Below are positions 36,952 through 47,864 of a stretch of 55,884 nt of DNA, piece after piece. The position numbers and the translations under genes were made by a program. The notes below the pieces were generated by a model. That model saw nothing but the letters and a program-made list of their open reading frames with translations. It did no database searches and had not been told where the DNA came from. The DNA lies in IMG/VR virus record IMGVR_UViG_3300025718_000003, positions 1 to 55,884 of that record. One strand, given 5' to 3'. Within the stretch, counting starts at the first letter, position 1, and each line of letters starts with the position of its first letter. The DNA is from a virus. Taxonomy: Duplodnaviria > Caudoviricetes.

Positions 36952-37448
36952 TGGCCAGCAGCGGTATTCGCATAGACGGACTGGAACGCTGGGCGTCCTG
37001 GCTGCAGACGCTACCGACAAGTGGCGTTAATCGCATGAAAGACCGCGTACTACGTACTGCAGGGCTTCGAACCCTGGAATACTTACAAGACCTAACGCCT
37101 GTAAGAACGGCGCGCTTGGCTAACAGCTTTTCAATGGGTAGCCCCGACAATGTATACGAACTGAACGTAAATAGCGGTGTATCCTATGTACGTGTCGGTA
37201 CTGCGGTAGAGTATTCGGTATACGTAAACGATGGCTACACGCAGAAGGCGGGCCAGTTTGTACCCGGCAGCTGGACAGGTAGCGGCTTCCACTATGACCC
37301 TGGGGCCAGCGGCGGTATGGTACTAAAAGGTAAAACCATTGTTGGGGCGCATATGTTCGAAAAAACTATGCAGTACCTAGAAGAAGACGTACCTACTATT
37401 ATAGAATTCGAACTACGGCGCTTATGGGACGAAGTGAACGGGGGGTAA
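36951..37448 (+). CDS. HK97 gp10-family tail completion protein
   Basis: TPVRTARL..S, VEY..YVNDG and G.HMFE motifs. Confidence 0.85.
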   Translation: MASSGIRIDGLERWASWLQTLPTSGVNRMKDRVLRTAGLRTLEYLQDLTPVRTARLANSFSMGSPDNVYELNVNSGVSYVRVGTAVEYSVYVNDGYTQKAGQFVPGSWTGSGFHYDPGASGGMVLKGKTIVGAHMFEKTMQYLEEDVPTIIEFELRRLWDEVNGG

Positions 37449-37450
37449 CC

Positions 37451-37933
37451 ATGGCAGATAAATATTTAGCAGAACTTAACGCTTTACAAATATGGATAAA
37501 AGCGGCCGTTAACATTGACAGCTACCGACTAACTACAGCGCCCCCGCAGCTGCCTAGGCCCGTAATACTATGGGAAGCGCCGCATAGGGGTAAAGATCGT
37601 AATTTAGGACGCTGGGTATACGTAAATAAAGTAACCCAGTACGGTAAGCTTTACGTAACCAATATCGACCAGCTGGCCGTCGTACAAGAAAGGTTATTAA
37701 CAGACCTGGAAGAACGTACAGGGCTGCTGCCTATAACCAGCGTAGAAGGTACCGTAGTAACGCTGCTAAAACGCTGCGAAATTACTTTCGAAAATGCGGA
37801 AAACCTAAATGTACCTTTTAACGTGGTGTATGAAATAGCTTACACCAGGATAAGGCCACCCGAAGCGCCGAACGCTACCTTTGTAGGCAATAGGTTGAAA
37901 GGTGGCTGGGGCTACGATGTTAAAAACGATTAA
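37451..37933 (+). CDS. Probable tail terminator protein
   Basis: Position before the sheath gene and size. Confidence 0.55.
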   Translation: MADKYLAELNALQIWIKAAVNIDSYRLTTAPPQLPRPVILWEAPHRGKDRNLGRWVYVNKVTQYGKLYVTNIDQLAVVQERLLTDLEERTGLLPITSVEGTVVTLLKRCEITFENAENLNVPFNVVYEIAYTRIRPPEAPNATFVGNRLKGGWGYDVKND

Positions 37934-37947
37934 GGGGGCTTACTTTC

Positions 37948-38145
37948 ATGGCAGAAGAAAAAAATGTAGTAGTAAAAGAAGAAGCTAGCAAGTACAGTAA
38001 GCGCGAACTACTTACCGCTGCGAAGGCTTTTTTCAATGTAAAACCCGAAATACTAGCGGGCGCTTTATACGGGGTAACTGAACCCATTACCGTAGAAGAA
38101 GCGAAAGCCAAGCTAGAAGACTTTCGTAAAAAGGTGGTGGACTAA
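37948..38145 (+). CDS. Small tail-region protein (YqzN/YkzM-like)
   Basis: F.VKPEILAGAL...T.EEAK...F pattern. Confidence 0.65.
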   Translation: MAEEKNVVVKEEASKYSKRELLTAAKAFFNVKPEILAGALYGVTEPITVEEAKAKLEDFRKKVVD

Positions 38146-39552
38146 ATGGCAGGTACATACTTAGAAGGAACTAGTAAAATTCTTTCGGGCGTTTACACCC
38201 TAATGCGCGCAGCTATCGAATATGTAGCCCTGGGCGCAAGGGGTACAGTAGCCTACCCATTTACTTCTAACTGGGGGCCGACTAACCAGCTAAAAACTGT
38301 ATTGTACGGCAGCGAATTCGATAAGCTGTATAATGCCAAACTTACGGTACTTACAGCTTTTAAAATTAACGCTCATGCTTTCAAAGGTAAACCGCAGCGC
38401 GTTATGTGCTGGCGTATGGCCACACCTACAGCAGCAAAAGGCGGCTGCATACTACCCGCTGCAGCAGCGGCAATGTCGCTAACCCTAGAAACGCTTTACC
38501 CTTCCGACCGCGCATTTACTGCCGCTGTAAAAGACAGCCTTAACTACGTAGGCGGTAAAATGGTAGAACTTACGGAGAACGGCCGACTACTAGGGCGCTT
38601 CGACGCTGCCACATTGGAAGACCTGTATATTAAAATCAATTACAGCGAATATATTAGGGCTACGGCTATGGGTACAGTATTGCCAGTCAATACCGCAGGC
38701 GTACTGTTTACGGGCGGTAATAATGGCAGTACTATCACAGCCGAAGACTACGGCGACTTTATGACAGCTATCGAAGCCGACGGCAAAGCTAACGCATTTA
38801 CTTTAGACGGTATTAGCGACGAAGCAATTTTAGCGGTAGCCGAAGAATACACTAAGCGCGTACGTAGTGAAGGATTTTACGTTACCTGGGTACGTGGCGG
38901 CCCTGCTGGATGGGATACAGCCCGCGACGCTGCAGACGAAGCTAGCACAAACAGTAACCACCGCGGCATAGTAAACGTAGGCAATGGCTGCGACGCTTAC
39001 ACAGCGGCAGAAATGGCCATTTTCGTAGCGGCCCGCGTCGCTTCGGTACCGTTAAACCGTACCCTATGCGACGAAGTAATAGACTATAACCTGGTAAACA
39101 AACAGCCAACCCCTGGCGAACGTGCAGTAGCTAAGGAAAACGGTACTTTACTGTTTATGATGGAAGGTACGGCCTGCCTTATCGACGAGGGCGTTAATAC
39201 GCTGGTTAACCCGACTACTGACGAAGTGAAGGAAATGGGTAAGATACGTATTAATAATGCGTTAGACCAAATTTCCCACGACTTAGAAGTCTTCGGCAAT
39301 GAGTATAAAAAAACACGTAGTAATACGGCGGCCGCCCGTCAAACTTACGCTAGTACGGTAGAGGATACCTACCTACGGGGCTTAGTGACATTAGAAGTAG
39401 TACAACCTGGCTTCTACTACCGCGAAGACCCAACGTACCACGGCAAAGACGCCGTATTCCACCCAAAACCCGACGAAGCTTTTTTCTATGCCGACCTTAC
39501 ACCAGTAGACAGCATGGAACGTATCTACCAAAAAATTACACTACACTTCTAA
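38146..39552 (+). CDS. Contractile tail sheath protein (XkdK-like)
   Basis: GVY, RG.VA.P...WGP, GVNTL, KIRI...D and DSMERIY motifs. Confidence 0.93.
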   Translation: MAGTYLEGTSKILSGVYTLMRAAIEYVALGARGTVAYPFTSNWGPTNQLKTVLYGSEFDKLYNAKLTVLTAFKINAHAFKGKPQRVMCWRMATPTAAKGGCILPAAAAAMSLTLETLYPSDRAFTAAVKDSLNYVGGKMVELTENGRLLGRFDAATLEDLYIKINYSEYIRATAMGTVLPVNTAGVLFTGGNNGSTITAEDYGDFMTAIEADGKANAFTLDGISDEAILAVAEEYTKRVRSEGFYVTWVRGGPAGWDTARDAADEASTNSNHRGIVNVGNGCDAYTAAEMAIFVAARVASVPLNRTLCDEVIDYNLVNKQPTPGERAVAKENGTLLFMMEGTACLIDEGVNTLVNPTTDEVKEMGKIRINNALDQISHDLEVFGNEYKKTRSNTAAARQTYASTVEDTYLRGLVTLEVVQPGFYYREDPTYHGKDAVFHPKPDEAFFYADLTPVDSMERIYQKITLHF

Positions 39553-39572
39553 AAAGAAAGGGGGCCGCTTAA

Positions 39573-39995
39573 ATGGCAGAGTATGAAGCTAATGAGGTAA
39601 TAAACGGGCTGTATGGCTTCGTTTATGACGAAAACGGGCAGGAATTACAATCTACCCAGGAATTCGAAGCAGGCGTAAAATTCGATAAGTCGGATATAAA
39701 GCAAGCGGGTAAATTTCTTACCAGCCATAAGGTAACCGGGGGTACAGGTACTGGCAGCATTAATATGCTGAAAGTAGACAGCCGCCTGGTAGTAAAAATA
39801 GCTGCTAGCCCTACGGGGAAATATTCCTACATTGGTAAATTATCCGACCCTACAGCCAGGGGCGACGAAGCTATTATGTTTACAGGTGTAAGCTTCGATA
39901 GCGCGCCGCTTATCGGCTGGAAGCTGGGGGATTTAGCAGAAGTTGACGTAGATTTTACTTTTGATGGCTTCCGCTACTTAACTAGCATAGCGTAA
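39573..39995 (+). CDS. Tail tube protein (XkdM-like)
   Basis: INGLYG, L.DP and FTF motifs. Confidence 0.9.
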   Translation: MAEYEANEVINGLYGFVYDENGQELQSTQEFEAGVKFDKSDIKQAGKFLTSHKVTGGTGTGSINMLKVDSRLVVKIAASPTGKYSYIGKLSDPTARGDEAIMFTGVSFDSAPLIGWKLGDLAEVDVDFTFDGFRYLTSIA

Positions 39996-40062
39996 TAACA
40001 AAAGGGGGCCAGGCCGTAGTAGCCTAGGCCCTTATTATTTTAATTTGTGGAGGAATTACAAC

Positions 40063-40518
40063 ATGGAAAAGAAGTATATTACCTTGGCCGAGATACTAAC
40101 CAAGGACGACGCGACCCTTACGGCCATTAAAAACAGCGAATTCGAAAGCGTGAAAATCGGCTGCATACCTTTTTCGGCCATTAATCACGACGAATACAAG
40201 GTAGCGAAAAAGTCCTGCATTACTTACACAAAGGTTAAAGGCGGCCGCATGACCCCCGAAATGGACGACGATAAGCTGCAGCTTTTAGTTATTATAGCGG
40301 CTGTAGAAAAAGATAAGCGAAGCGACTTTACTTTTGCTAGCAAAAAACTTTTTGATAAGTTGAAGGCTGCAGGCATGGAAGTAAACACCGCAGAAGGTGC
40401 CGTAAAAGCATTACTAAGCCCTGGCGAAATTGCAAACTTCGCTATCGACGTACAAGAAACTAGCGGCTTCGGCCCGCAAGCGGTAGCAGAGGACGCGGAA
40501 GAAATAAAAAACTCTTAA
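40063..40518 (+). CDS. Tail assembly chaperone (XkdN-like)
   Basis: LLSPGEI, SGF and C-terminal IKNS. Confidence 0.88.
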   Translation: MEKKYITLAEILTKDDATLTAIKNSEFESVKIGCIPFSAINHDEYKVAKKSCITYTKVKGGRMTPEMDDDKLQLLVIIAAVEKDKRSDFTFASKKLFDKLKAAGMEVNTAEGAVKALLSPGEIANFAIDVQETSGFGPQAVAEDAEEIKNS

Positions 40519-40676
40519 AGACTGACGGCGAAGCTAAATTATTAGCTTACATATGGAATGAAAAAAGCATACTACCGAGCGTAGTATATAATTTGCCGCC
40601 GTTAGAGAGGGAATTTATTTACCAGGCTACGCTACTGGCCATAGAAGAACAGAATAAAGCAGCTAAAAAGAAGTAG
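40506..40676 (+). CDS. Programmed -1 frameshift extension of the tail assembly chaperone (G-T type)
   Basis: Slippery site A AAA AAC at 40506-40512. The -1 frame reads KLLKTDGEAKLLAYIW...LPS...LPPLEREF to TAG at 40676. Confidence 0.85.
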   Translation, partial: KKLLKTDGEAKLLAYIWNEKSILPSVVYNLPPLEREFIYQATLLAIEEQNKAAKKK

Positions 40677-40691
40677 GAACGGGGGGTAGTT

Positions 40692-43232
40692 ATGGCAAGA
40701 GAGTTTAGAATGGGCGCCCGTATTGATATGGCAGACGGTTTTTCCGACCCCGTTAGTCGAATGTCACGAACTACGCGGCAATTCGGGGACGCAGCCCGAA
40801 GTAGTGGCCACAACGTGGATAATATGAGCAGAAGCGCTATAAGTGGTACGGGAAGCCTGGGAGCCTTTACAGCAGGTAGTAGGGCGGCAGGACTAAACGC
40901 CCGCGGTCTAGCTGGGGGCGTAGCGTCGGTAACGGCGTCGCTTATGGGACTTACTAGCGTCCTGGGTATTGTTATGGGTATGTTAACAGCCGTATCCTTA
41001 TACCATTGGTTAATTGATTCTAACGCTGAAATGGAACAGTTTCAAAATACCCTTACAGTAGTTTTAAAGAGCAGCGAACGGGCCGCGGAAATGCTAGAAT
41101 GGGCTTCCAAGTTTGCGGCGCAGACGCCTTTCGAAATACCCCAGGTAGTAGAAGCTACAACTAAGCTAGAAATGTACGGGATAAGCGCGCAAAAGACGCT
41201 AGGTACAATAGGGGATATGGCTAGCGTAATGGGTAAGCCATTAATGCAAGCTGTAGAAGCTGTAGCAGACGCCCAAACGGGGGAGATTGAAAGGCTGAAA
41301 GAATTCGGTATAACAAAAGATATGCTGATAGCCCAGGGTACGAAGATGGGCACCAACGTAGTAGATAGTAAGGGCACTATTACGGATATGGTAGCATTTA
41401 ACGCGGCACTGTTTACTTTGATGGAAGACCGCTATAAGGGCGGCATGGAAATGCAAAGTAAAAGTTTTAAAGGTATGATCTCCAACGTGGCCGACTTTAT
41501 CGGTACAATGGGGCGCGAATTCGGTAAACCAATATTCGACCGTATGAAAAACGGCCTAGCCAATTCCCTAAGCTTCTTAGACAAAATAAAAGAAAACGGG
41601 ACTATGGAAGCAATCACAGCGAAGGCCCAGGCTTTCGGTATATCATTCGCGGATAGCTTCGGCGCGGCTTTCGGGCTGCTAGGTAACATACTGGGCCAAA
41701 TATCCGACAAGGTAGGCGCGTTTATGGATAACAACGCTGCCCGCTTCGCCCTTATAGGCGCGACAATGGGGGCAGGCTTCGCCTTACTATCTGACTACGC
41801 GACGCCTATACTTAACTGGCTATTAGATACGGCTTTTCCTGCGACCTTAACGGCGCTTTCTGCCGTAGGTACCGCAATACTAGCCGTAGCTGAATTTTTT
41901 ATAGTTTACTGGCAGCCTATAGCGCCTTTCGTAGAAGGTATAGCGATAGCCTTCGGCTTATTGTTAGGCCCTGGCTACGCCATCATAGGTATGATGTATG
42001 TAGCGGCCCAGGCTACTAGGTTATGGGCAGCAGCGCAGCTATTTCTTAATACTACTATGCTTCTGAACCCTACGTACTGGCTAGTAATAGGTATCGGCTT
42101 ACTAATAGGCGCGGGTATATGGCTAGTACAGAACTGGGGCCTAATTAAAAGCACGGCCGCCGATGTATGGGACAGCTGCAGCAACTATATAGTAGGCGCC
42201 TGGGATACATTTACGGCTTTTGTTAGTGGGGCCTGGGATAGCTTTACTGGCTTCCTTAGTCAATTAGCGGCGGGCTTCGTGTCTTTCGCTAAGATGGCGG
42301 CTACTGCTTTCTTAACCGTAATGTATTTTATAAACCCTTTTGTTTATTTAGGGGTAAAGATAGCGCAGAACTGGGGTACTTTAGGCCCGATATTCGCGGG
42401 TATATGGGCTAGCATTACGCAGCCTGTAGTAAATGTATATAATGCCGTGGTAAACGCCTTTTCTAATGCCTGGAACTACGTAGTAGGTATAGGCAGTAAC
42501 ATAGTTAGCTTTTACGTTAATACCTGGCAGCAGGTAATAGCTGGCGTAGTAAGCTTCTTAGGGCCTATCGTAGACTACATAGCTAATATCGGCATGAGTA
42601 TAGCCGCTTTCTTCGTTAATACCTGGAATACCATAGTGGCAGATATAGCGGCTTACTTTGGGCCAGCTGTAGCAGCCGTTACTACGGTAGGGCAGGGAAT
42701 TACTGGCTACTTCGGTACGCTAATAGATCAAGCCTTTACCTGGGGCGGTAATATCATAGACACTATGCTAAATGGTGTACTATCCGCTAAGGACAGGCTA
42801 GTAAATGGCTTTATGTCGGTATTCGGAGAAGTACGGCAGCTAATGCCTTTCAGCGACGCGAAGCAGGGGCCTTTTAGCCAGCTTACGTATAGTGGTGGCG
42901 CTATAATGTCTACAATGGCCGAAGGTGTAACGGGTAACGCTGGTACGCTTTACGGGGCTATGAATGACGCTTTCGGACAGGCCCCAGGCATAGGCGATGG
43001 TGGCGTAAGTTTAACAGCTGGGGCAGTCGGCAGTATCCCTATAAGTGCTAGCGCCGCAGCGCAAACCGCAGGCGGCAGCCGCACGACAATAGGTACGCTA
43101 ATCGGCCAGCTTACAATTACAGGCACAGACAAAGACGCCGAGCAGCTAGCAAATGAGATAATAGAAATACTTCACGACAGACTAAGCAGTGCTAGCGAGA
43201 TAGCAAGCGCTGGTATGGGGGCGCTTCTATAA
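40692..43232 (+). CDS. Tape measure protein
   Basis: FAAQTPFE motif, Trp-periodic amphipathic repeats, PFSDAK.GP. Confidence 0.93.
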   Translation: MAREFRMGARIDMADGFSDPVSRMSRTTRQFGDAARSSGHNVDNMSRSAISGTGSLGAFTAGSRAAGLNARGLAGGVASVTASLMGLTSVLGIVMGMLTAVSLYHWLIDSNAEMEQFQNTLTVVLKSSERAAEMLEWASKFAAQTPFEIPQVVEATTKLEMYGISAQKTLGTIGDMASVMGKPLMQAVEAVADAQTGEIERLKEFGITKDMLIAQGTKMGTNVVDSKGTITDMVAFNAALFTLMEDRYKGGMEMQSKSFKGMISNVADFIGTMGREFGKPIFDRMKNGLANSLSFLDKIKENGTMEAITAKAQAFGISFADSFGAAFGLLGNILGQISDKVGAFMDNNAARFALIGATMGAGFALLSDYATPILNWLLDTAFPATLTALSAVGTAILAVAEFFIVYWQPIAPFVEGIAIAFGLLLGPGYAIIGMMYVAAQATRLWAAAQLFLNTTMLLNPTYWLVIGIGLLIGAGIWLVQNWGLIKSTAADVWDSCSNYIVGAWDTFTAFVSGAWDSFTGFLSQLAAGFVSFAKMAATAFLTVMYFINPFVYLGVKIAQNWGTLGPIFAGIWASITQPVVNVYNAVVNAFSNAWNYVVGIGSNIVSFYVNTWQQVIAGVVSFLGPIVDYIANIGMSIAAFFVNTWNTIVADIAAYFGPAVAAVTTVGQGITGYFGTLIDQAFTWGGNIIDTMLNGVLSAKDRLVNGFMSVFGEVRQLMPFSDAKQGPFSQLTYSGGAIMSTMAEGVTGNAGTLYGAMNDAFGQAPGIGDGGVSLTAGAVGSIPISASAAAQTAGGSRTTIGTLIGQLTITGTDKDAEQLANEIIEILHDRLSSASEIASAGMGALL

Positions 43233-43936
43233 TGGGCTTTAGTTTTGGGGCTTTTAAAAGTTTAGCAATAGCACAGGCCGCGCCTTTCATGCCTAAGCAA
43301 ATAGGCGAACTTTCCAGCATTTTAGGCTTAGGTATAACAATGCCAGGCGGCCCCGCGTCGGATAACTGGAACAAAAAACCCGTAGAAATAACGGTATATG
43401 ACGCAAAGAATAATATTTACCTGTTAGTACCTGTAGTACCGGAAAAAATAGACTACAGCGACGGTGGCCCGCTAACCGATACGATAAAGGTTATAAACCT
43501 GGGGAATGTAGACTTTCATAGCGGCGTAGAACTAGACGGCATAAGCTGGGCTAGTTTTTTTCCTGGCAGGTATGATGCTTCATACTGCAGCACCCCAGCC
43601 ATAAAAACGCCTATCGAATACCGTAACTGGTTTAGCACCTGGAAAGACGAAGGGCTGCCGCTGCAGATTATTGTAGCCGCCTACGATATTAATAAACCGA
43701 TGAAAGTTAGTGCTTTTACCTGGTCGGCTAGCGGCTTCGAAGGAGATATAACGTATAGCGTATCTTTTAAAGAACATAAAACCGTAATGCCTAAACAGGT
43801 AGACACAGGGGGAACGCTACCGCCTAAAGGTACAAAGCTTTCGGAAGAACGGCCCGCGGCCATAGAACCAGCAGCCGCTACGCCAATCGAAGAAGCGCCC
43901 GTAGAGGAAGCGCCCGTAGACGACGGGGAGGAATAA
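43232..43936 (+). CDS. Tail tube initiator (XkdP-like, no evident LysM)
   Basis: PVVPE.I, SFFP and GDI.YS..FKE motifs. Confidence 0.8.
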   Translation: MGFSFGAFKSLAIAQAAPFMPKQIGELSSILGLGITMPGGPASDNWNKKPVEITVYDAKNNIYLLVPVVPEKIDYSDGGPLTDTIKVINLGNVDFHSGVELDGISWASFFPGRYDASYCSTPAIKTPIEYRNWFSTWKDEGLPLQIIVAAYDINKPMKVSAFTWSASGFEGDITYSVSFKEHKTVMPKQVDTGGTLPPKGTKLSEERPAAIEPAAATPIEEAPVEEAPVDDGEE

Positions 43937-43938
43937 CG

Positions 43939-45084
43939 ATGTTAGACATACGGCTTAACGGCCAAAGTTTGCGCGACATACTAACAGCCCCCCCGAAGAT
44001 AAGCGACCAGGCGAACGGGGTATGTAGGGTATTAACCTTCGAAGTAGTGTACAGCGACAAACTGGCCAACTTCTTAGGGCAGCCAGTAGAATTATGGTAT
44101 AACAGTACGCGCTGGTTTTTCGGATTCATGCTAAAGCGGGGTAAAACGTCCGACCGTAAAGTAACCTTTACAGCGTACGACCCGCTTTTTTATTTTAAGC
44201 GTACCCAGGACGACTACTATATAACCAATCAAACAGCTACCCAGGGCTTCCAGTACCTGGCCGAGCAGGTAGGTGTAAAAGTTGCCAGCCTAGCAGACAC
44301 GGCCGCGGTATTCGAAGCCCTTTACTATTCGGGTAGTACACCCGACAAAATAGCTGTAGACCTGCTGGCCCGCACGTATAAAGCTAACGAGCGTAAATTT
44401 TGGTACAGGTATAACCCTGGCGTAGACGACGAAGGGCTAAACCTATTCGAACGAACGGTACCCGTTAAAATATGGGCCTTTACAGTAGGGGTAAACCTTA
44501 GTAGCGCCAGCATTGAAGAAAGCGCAGAAGAAACCTGCCCCGTAATAAAGTTAGTAAACCGGGAAACGGGTAAAACAGTCTACGAATATGATAATGACGC
44601 CATAATGCAGTACGGGCACCAAATACATTTTGAAGAAGTAGACAAGGATAAGGCCGACACGATGGAAGCCTACGCCAAAGAGCTACTTAAAAAGTTGTCG
44701 AAGGTAACCACGACCATGAACATAGAGGGTGCTAACCCCGATAGGGTAATGCCTCAATTTTACAGCGGCGACGTTATTTACGTAGAAGAAGAACTTACGG
44801 GGGTTATAGGCGGCTTCTATATCCGAAATATTACACAGACTTTCGAAAGTGACAACCTGGTAACGATAAGCGCGGAGATAATCGAAGAACCCGACATACC
44901 CGAAATACAATATCAAACGGCTACAGAAGATAAAAAGGAACTGGCTACAGCTAAAGCCGGGCGCAAAGGCAAGAAGGCCGACGCTACTACCGATGAGGGT
45001 ACAGGCGTACAGCAAAGCGAAGGCTACAGCGATTTTATGAAAGCACAAATTGAGAAGTACGGCATAAAGAAAGGGGGTACATAA
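43939..45084 (+). CDS. Baseplate hub protein (XkdQ-like)
   Basis: TAYDPL.Y, I..YG and G.FYI motifs, position. Confidence 0.85.
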   Translation: MLDIRLNGQSLRDILTAPPKISDQANGVCRVLTFEVVYSDKLANFLGQPVELWYNSTRWFFGFMLKRGKTSDRKVTFTAYDPLFYFKRTQDDYYITNQTATQGFQYLAEQVGVKVASLADTAAVFEALYYSGSTPDKIAVDLLARTYKANERKFWYRYNPGVDDEGLNLFERTVPVKIWAFTVGVNLSSASIEESAEETCPVIKLVNRETGKTVYEYDNDAIMQYGHQIHFEEVDKDKADTMEAYAKELLKKLSKVTTTMNIEGANPDRVMPQFYSGDVIYVEEELTGVIGGFYIRNITQTFESDNLVTISAEIIEEPDIPEIQYQTATEDKKELATAKAGRKGKKADATTDEGTGVQQSEGYSDFMKAQIEKYGIKKGGT

Positions 45085-45085
45085 T

Positions 45086-45616
45086 ATGAGCGCTGACAGA
45101 AGCGTAGACCTACTGGGCATTATGTGCGGCGGCGACAAAAGTACCCCGGGTATGCGCGTAATTAAAGTAGTAACTACCGAACCATCCCCGTACAGCTTCA
45201 TTTTTGAAGGGGATAAACAGGCTGTAGATATGGCACTTTTCGAAATGCCTGTAAGTATGTACCCGCTTAGGCTGGCCGACCGTATTATAGTTTATCCCAT
45301 GGTAGATACCGCAGCTTCCCAGCGCTGGGCGGCTATTGAAAAGATAAACGGCGGCGTAACAATTGGAACCATGACAGGGGCCAACAGCGTACAGGTAGAG
45401 GGTATCGGCAGAGAGTACAGCGGCAGCGAATTAATAGTACCGCCTTTCGTAGTAAGGAATAACGCCCAGGGACACGATAACAGCGACCCGCACGAATACT
45501 ATAAGACGGGCGACTTAACCCCGCTAGAAGCTGGCGACGTAGTAAGCCTAGGGCCTACCATTGTAAGCGGGGCTATTAAGTACGTAGTAATGAACTGGCA
45601 CGGAAAGGGGGGCTAA
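45086..45616 (+). CDS. Baseplate spike-like protein (XkdR/DUF2577-like)
   Basis: Two L..GD.V motifs, position. Confidence 0.65.
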   Translation: MSADRSVDLLGIMCGGDKSTPGMRVIKVVTTEPSPYSFIFEGDKQAVDMALFEMPVSMYPLRLADRIIVYPMVDTAASQRWAAIEKINGGVTIGTMTGANSVQVEGIGREYSGSELIVPPFVVRNNAQGHDNSDPHEYYKTGDLTPLEAGDVVSLGPTIVSGAIKYVVMNWHGKGG

Positions 45617-45617
45617 T

Positions 45618-46061
45618 ATGGCTACCATCCTAGCAAATAAGAAAAGCCCAGTATTCGACTGGCTCACAGGCGAATTCGCTACCGACATAAACGGTAAAGT
45701 ATTGGTAGTAGGCGCTATGGAAGCGGCCGAGCAGATTATTATTAAGGCTGAACAAACGACCCGCGGGCGCTTTCGTATCTACGCTAACCCCGATAACGCA
45801 GCGCTGCACCACAAATACGGGAACGACGCTAGCATAATACTAACCAGGCCCGACATAACGGACGCTACCCGCCTATCAGAACTACGGCGGGCGGTAAGAG
45901 AAGCAATTATATACGACCCTTGGATTAATGACGTAGTAGACATAGTTATAGCCCGCCAGGACGCTAACGACGTCTACGTAGTATTTACAGCTACGACCAT
46001 ATTCGACAAGGAAGTAACGGTAGAGGGGGTATTAACTAGTGTATGGCCGACCAACATATAG
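45618..46061 (+). CDS. Baseplate wedge protein (XkdS/DUF2634-like)
   Basis: FDW..GEF, T.RGRF.IY...YG and EAI.YDPWI motifs. Confidence 0.85.
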   Translation: MATILANKKSPVFDWLTGEFATDINGKVLVVGAMEAAEQIIIKAEQTTRGRFRIYANPDNAALHHKYGNDASIILTRPDITDATRLSELRRAVREAIIYDPWINDVVDIVIARQDANDVYVVFTATTIFDKEVTVEGVLTSVWPTNI

Positions 46062-47172
46062 CCCCATATTTGAAGAAAAGGAAACAGTAATACGCGACCG
46101 TATTATAGCGCGTATACCCGATACCTGGCGTAAAGACCCTGGCGACTTTACGTATGACACGGTAGCAGCTACGCCTATCGAAGTAGCCAAGCTGCAAGCT
46201 GGCCAGGACGCAGTACTAAAAAATAGTTTTGCTACCTATGCTACAGGGGCCTGGCTAGACTTAAAAATGGCCGAAATAGGTCTAACCCGTGAACCAGCGG
46301 TAGCCGCCAAACGCAGTATTACCGTAGAAGCTGACGCGGGCGTAGTAATACCAGCGGGCTACAAGGCTAGTACGATAGTACTTGACGGCGGCGGGAACCC
46401 TGTAACCTACGTAGTAGATGCTAAAGTAACATACACAACTACAGGGCTGCAGACGGTAAACCTAACATGTGACCGGGTAGGCGATATTGGTAATGCGCCC
46501 GAAGCCAGTAGGTTTATACTGCTGCCACCGATACCCGGTATACGCGTCATAACCGACGGGGCTATAACCCTACCAGGCGCAGACCTGGAAAGTGACGACG
46601 CAGCCTACGAGCGCTACGACTACAAAGTACAGCACCCGGATACTGGCGGCAATAAGCACGATTACAAACGCTGGGTAGAACCGATAGCAGGCGTCGGAAA
46701 AGTACAGGTTATACCGCGCTGGAATGGCAGGGGCACGGTAAAAGTAGTTATAGTAGGAACCGATTACCTGCCAGCTACTGCCGAAGTAGTGGCCGCCGTG
46801 CAGGAGTATTTAGACCCTGGTAGTACTGGCATGGGTTACGGAAAAGCGCCCTGCGGTGCCCAGGTAACCGTAAAAGCTGCAGACCCGTATAACCTAACAA
46901 TAGCTACTACGGGCCTAGTACTGAACGCTGGGTACACGGTGCCCGACGTTACTGCAGCTTTTGGCTTATTGTTGCAGCAGTACGTAAAAGACATTATTTT
47001 TGAAACGGAAGCCACGGAGCAGCAGAAGGTAGTCTACGCTAAAATATGGGGGCTGCTGATTACTACGCCTGGCGTAAGTAACTTTGCAACATTTACAATT
47101 AACGGCGCGGCTGCTGACGTAATAGTAGGGGCCGAAGAAGTAACAGTAGTCGGGGAGGTTTTGCTAGCATGA
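46039..47172 (+). CDS. Baseplate J/gp47 protein (XkdT-like)
   Basis: ATG.WLD, G.D.ESD, GGN..DY..W and PRWNG.GTVKV motifs. Confidence 0.93.
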   Translation: MYGRPTYSPIFEEKETVIRDRIIARIPDTWRKDPGDFTYDTVAATPIEVAKLQAGQDAVLKNSFATYATGAWLDLKMAEIGLTREPAVAAKRSITVEADAGVVIPAGYKASTIVLDGGGNPVTYVVDAKVTYTTTGLQTVNLTCDRVGDIGNAPEASRFILLPPIPGIRVITDGAITLPGADLESDDAAYERYDYKVQHPDTGGNKHDYKRWVEPIAGVGKVQVIPRWNGRGTVKVVIVGTDYLPATAEVVAAVQEYLDPGSTGMGYGKAPCGAQVTVKAADPYNLTIATTGLVLNAGYTVPDVTAAFGLLLQQYVKDIIFETEATEQQKVVYAKIWGLLITTPGVSNFATFTINGAAADVIVGAEEVTVVGEVLLA

Positions 47173-47852
47173 CTTACAGCGTAAGAACGCTACGTATGGT
47201 TAATGCAGCCCCCGACTACTACGCGTATTCTAAGCTATTCGCAGACTTACAGCAGGCAATAGCCGACGACCTGGACGCGGCAGACGTAAATATGGTAGAT
47301 GTACAGCAGCAACTATACATTTCAACGGCCACCTGGGGGCTGCGTTATTGGGAACAGATACTACATATACCTACCGTACCAGCTGACGGCTACGCCTTGC
47401 GTAGAAGCCGAGTACTAGCCGCATGGCGCGGCGTCGGTAATTTCAGCGTAGCTATGCTTTACAAAACAATAGAAGCGTATACTACTACCCAGGTTAATAT
47501 TACGGTAGACGTTAACGACAGCCTGGTAACAATCGAAGTATACAACGACGCTAAAAGCCTGCTGCTAGCCCTGCCGCAAATAGATAATATTATACATGCT
47601 CATATAGGCATGGCCTTACGGCTAATACAGCAGGCCGACGTACAGTTAGTGTATGGCCAAGCTAATAGGCTGGGCGGTATAAAGACCGCGGGCCTACCCT
47701 TACCTACAGGCGACGCATTGGCGTACAGCCTAGGCAGGGCGGTACGACGTGGGGGTTATATTACACTATACCAGTCACGGCCACCAGGCGGCGAAAACTT
47801 GCTAGTATTCGGGGCTTTCGTTAGAACAGGCGGCATACTCACAGCTAAATAA
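47169..47852 (+). CDS. Baseplate protein (XkdU/DUF2313-like)
   Basis: TATWGLRYWE, RRSR and AHI motifs. Confidence 0.85.
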   Translation: MTYSVRTLRMVNAAPDYYAYSKLFADLQQAIADDLDAADVNMVDVQQQLYISTATWGLRYWEQILHIPTVPADGYALRRSRVLAAWRGVGNFSVAMLYKTIEAYTTTQVNITVDVNDSLVTIEVYNDAKSLLLALPQIDNIIHAHIGMALRLIQQADVQLVYGQANRLGGIKTAGLPLPTGDALAYSLGRAVRRGGYITLYQSRPPGGENLLVFGAFVRTGGILTAK

Positions 47853-47864
47853 GGAGGCTATAAC

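Noticed and set aside
40506-40676. Tail chaperone frameshift as a novelty
   Set aside because: It is real but a well-known conserved feature of long-tailed phages, so it is listed only as a feature.
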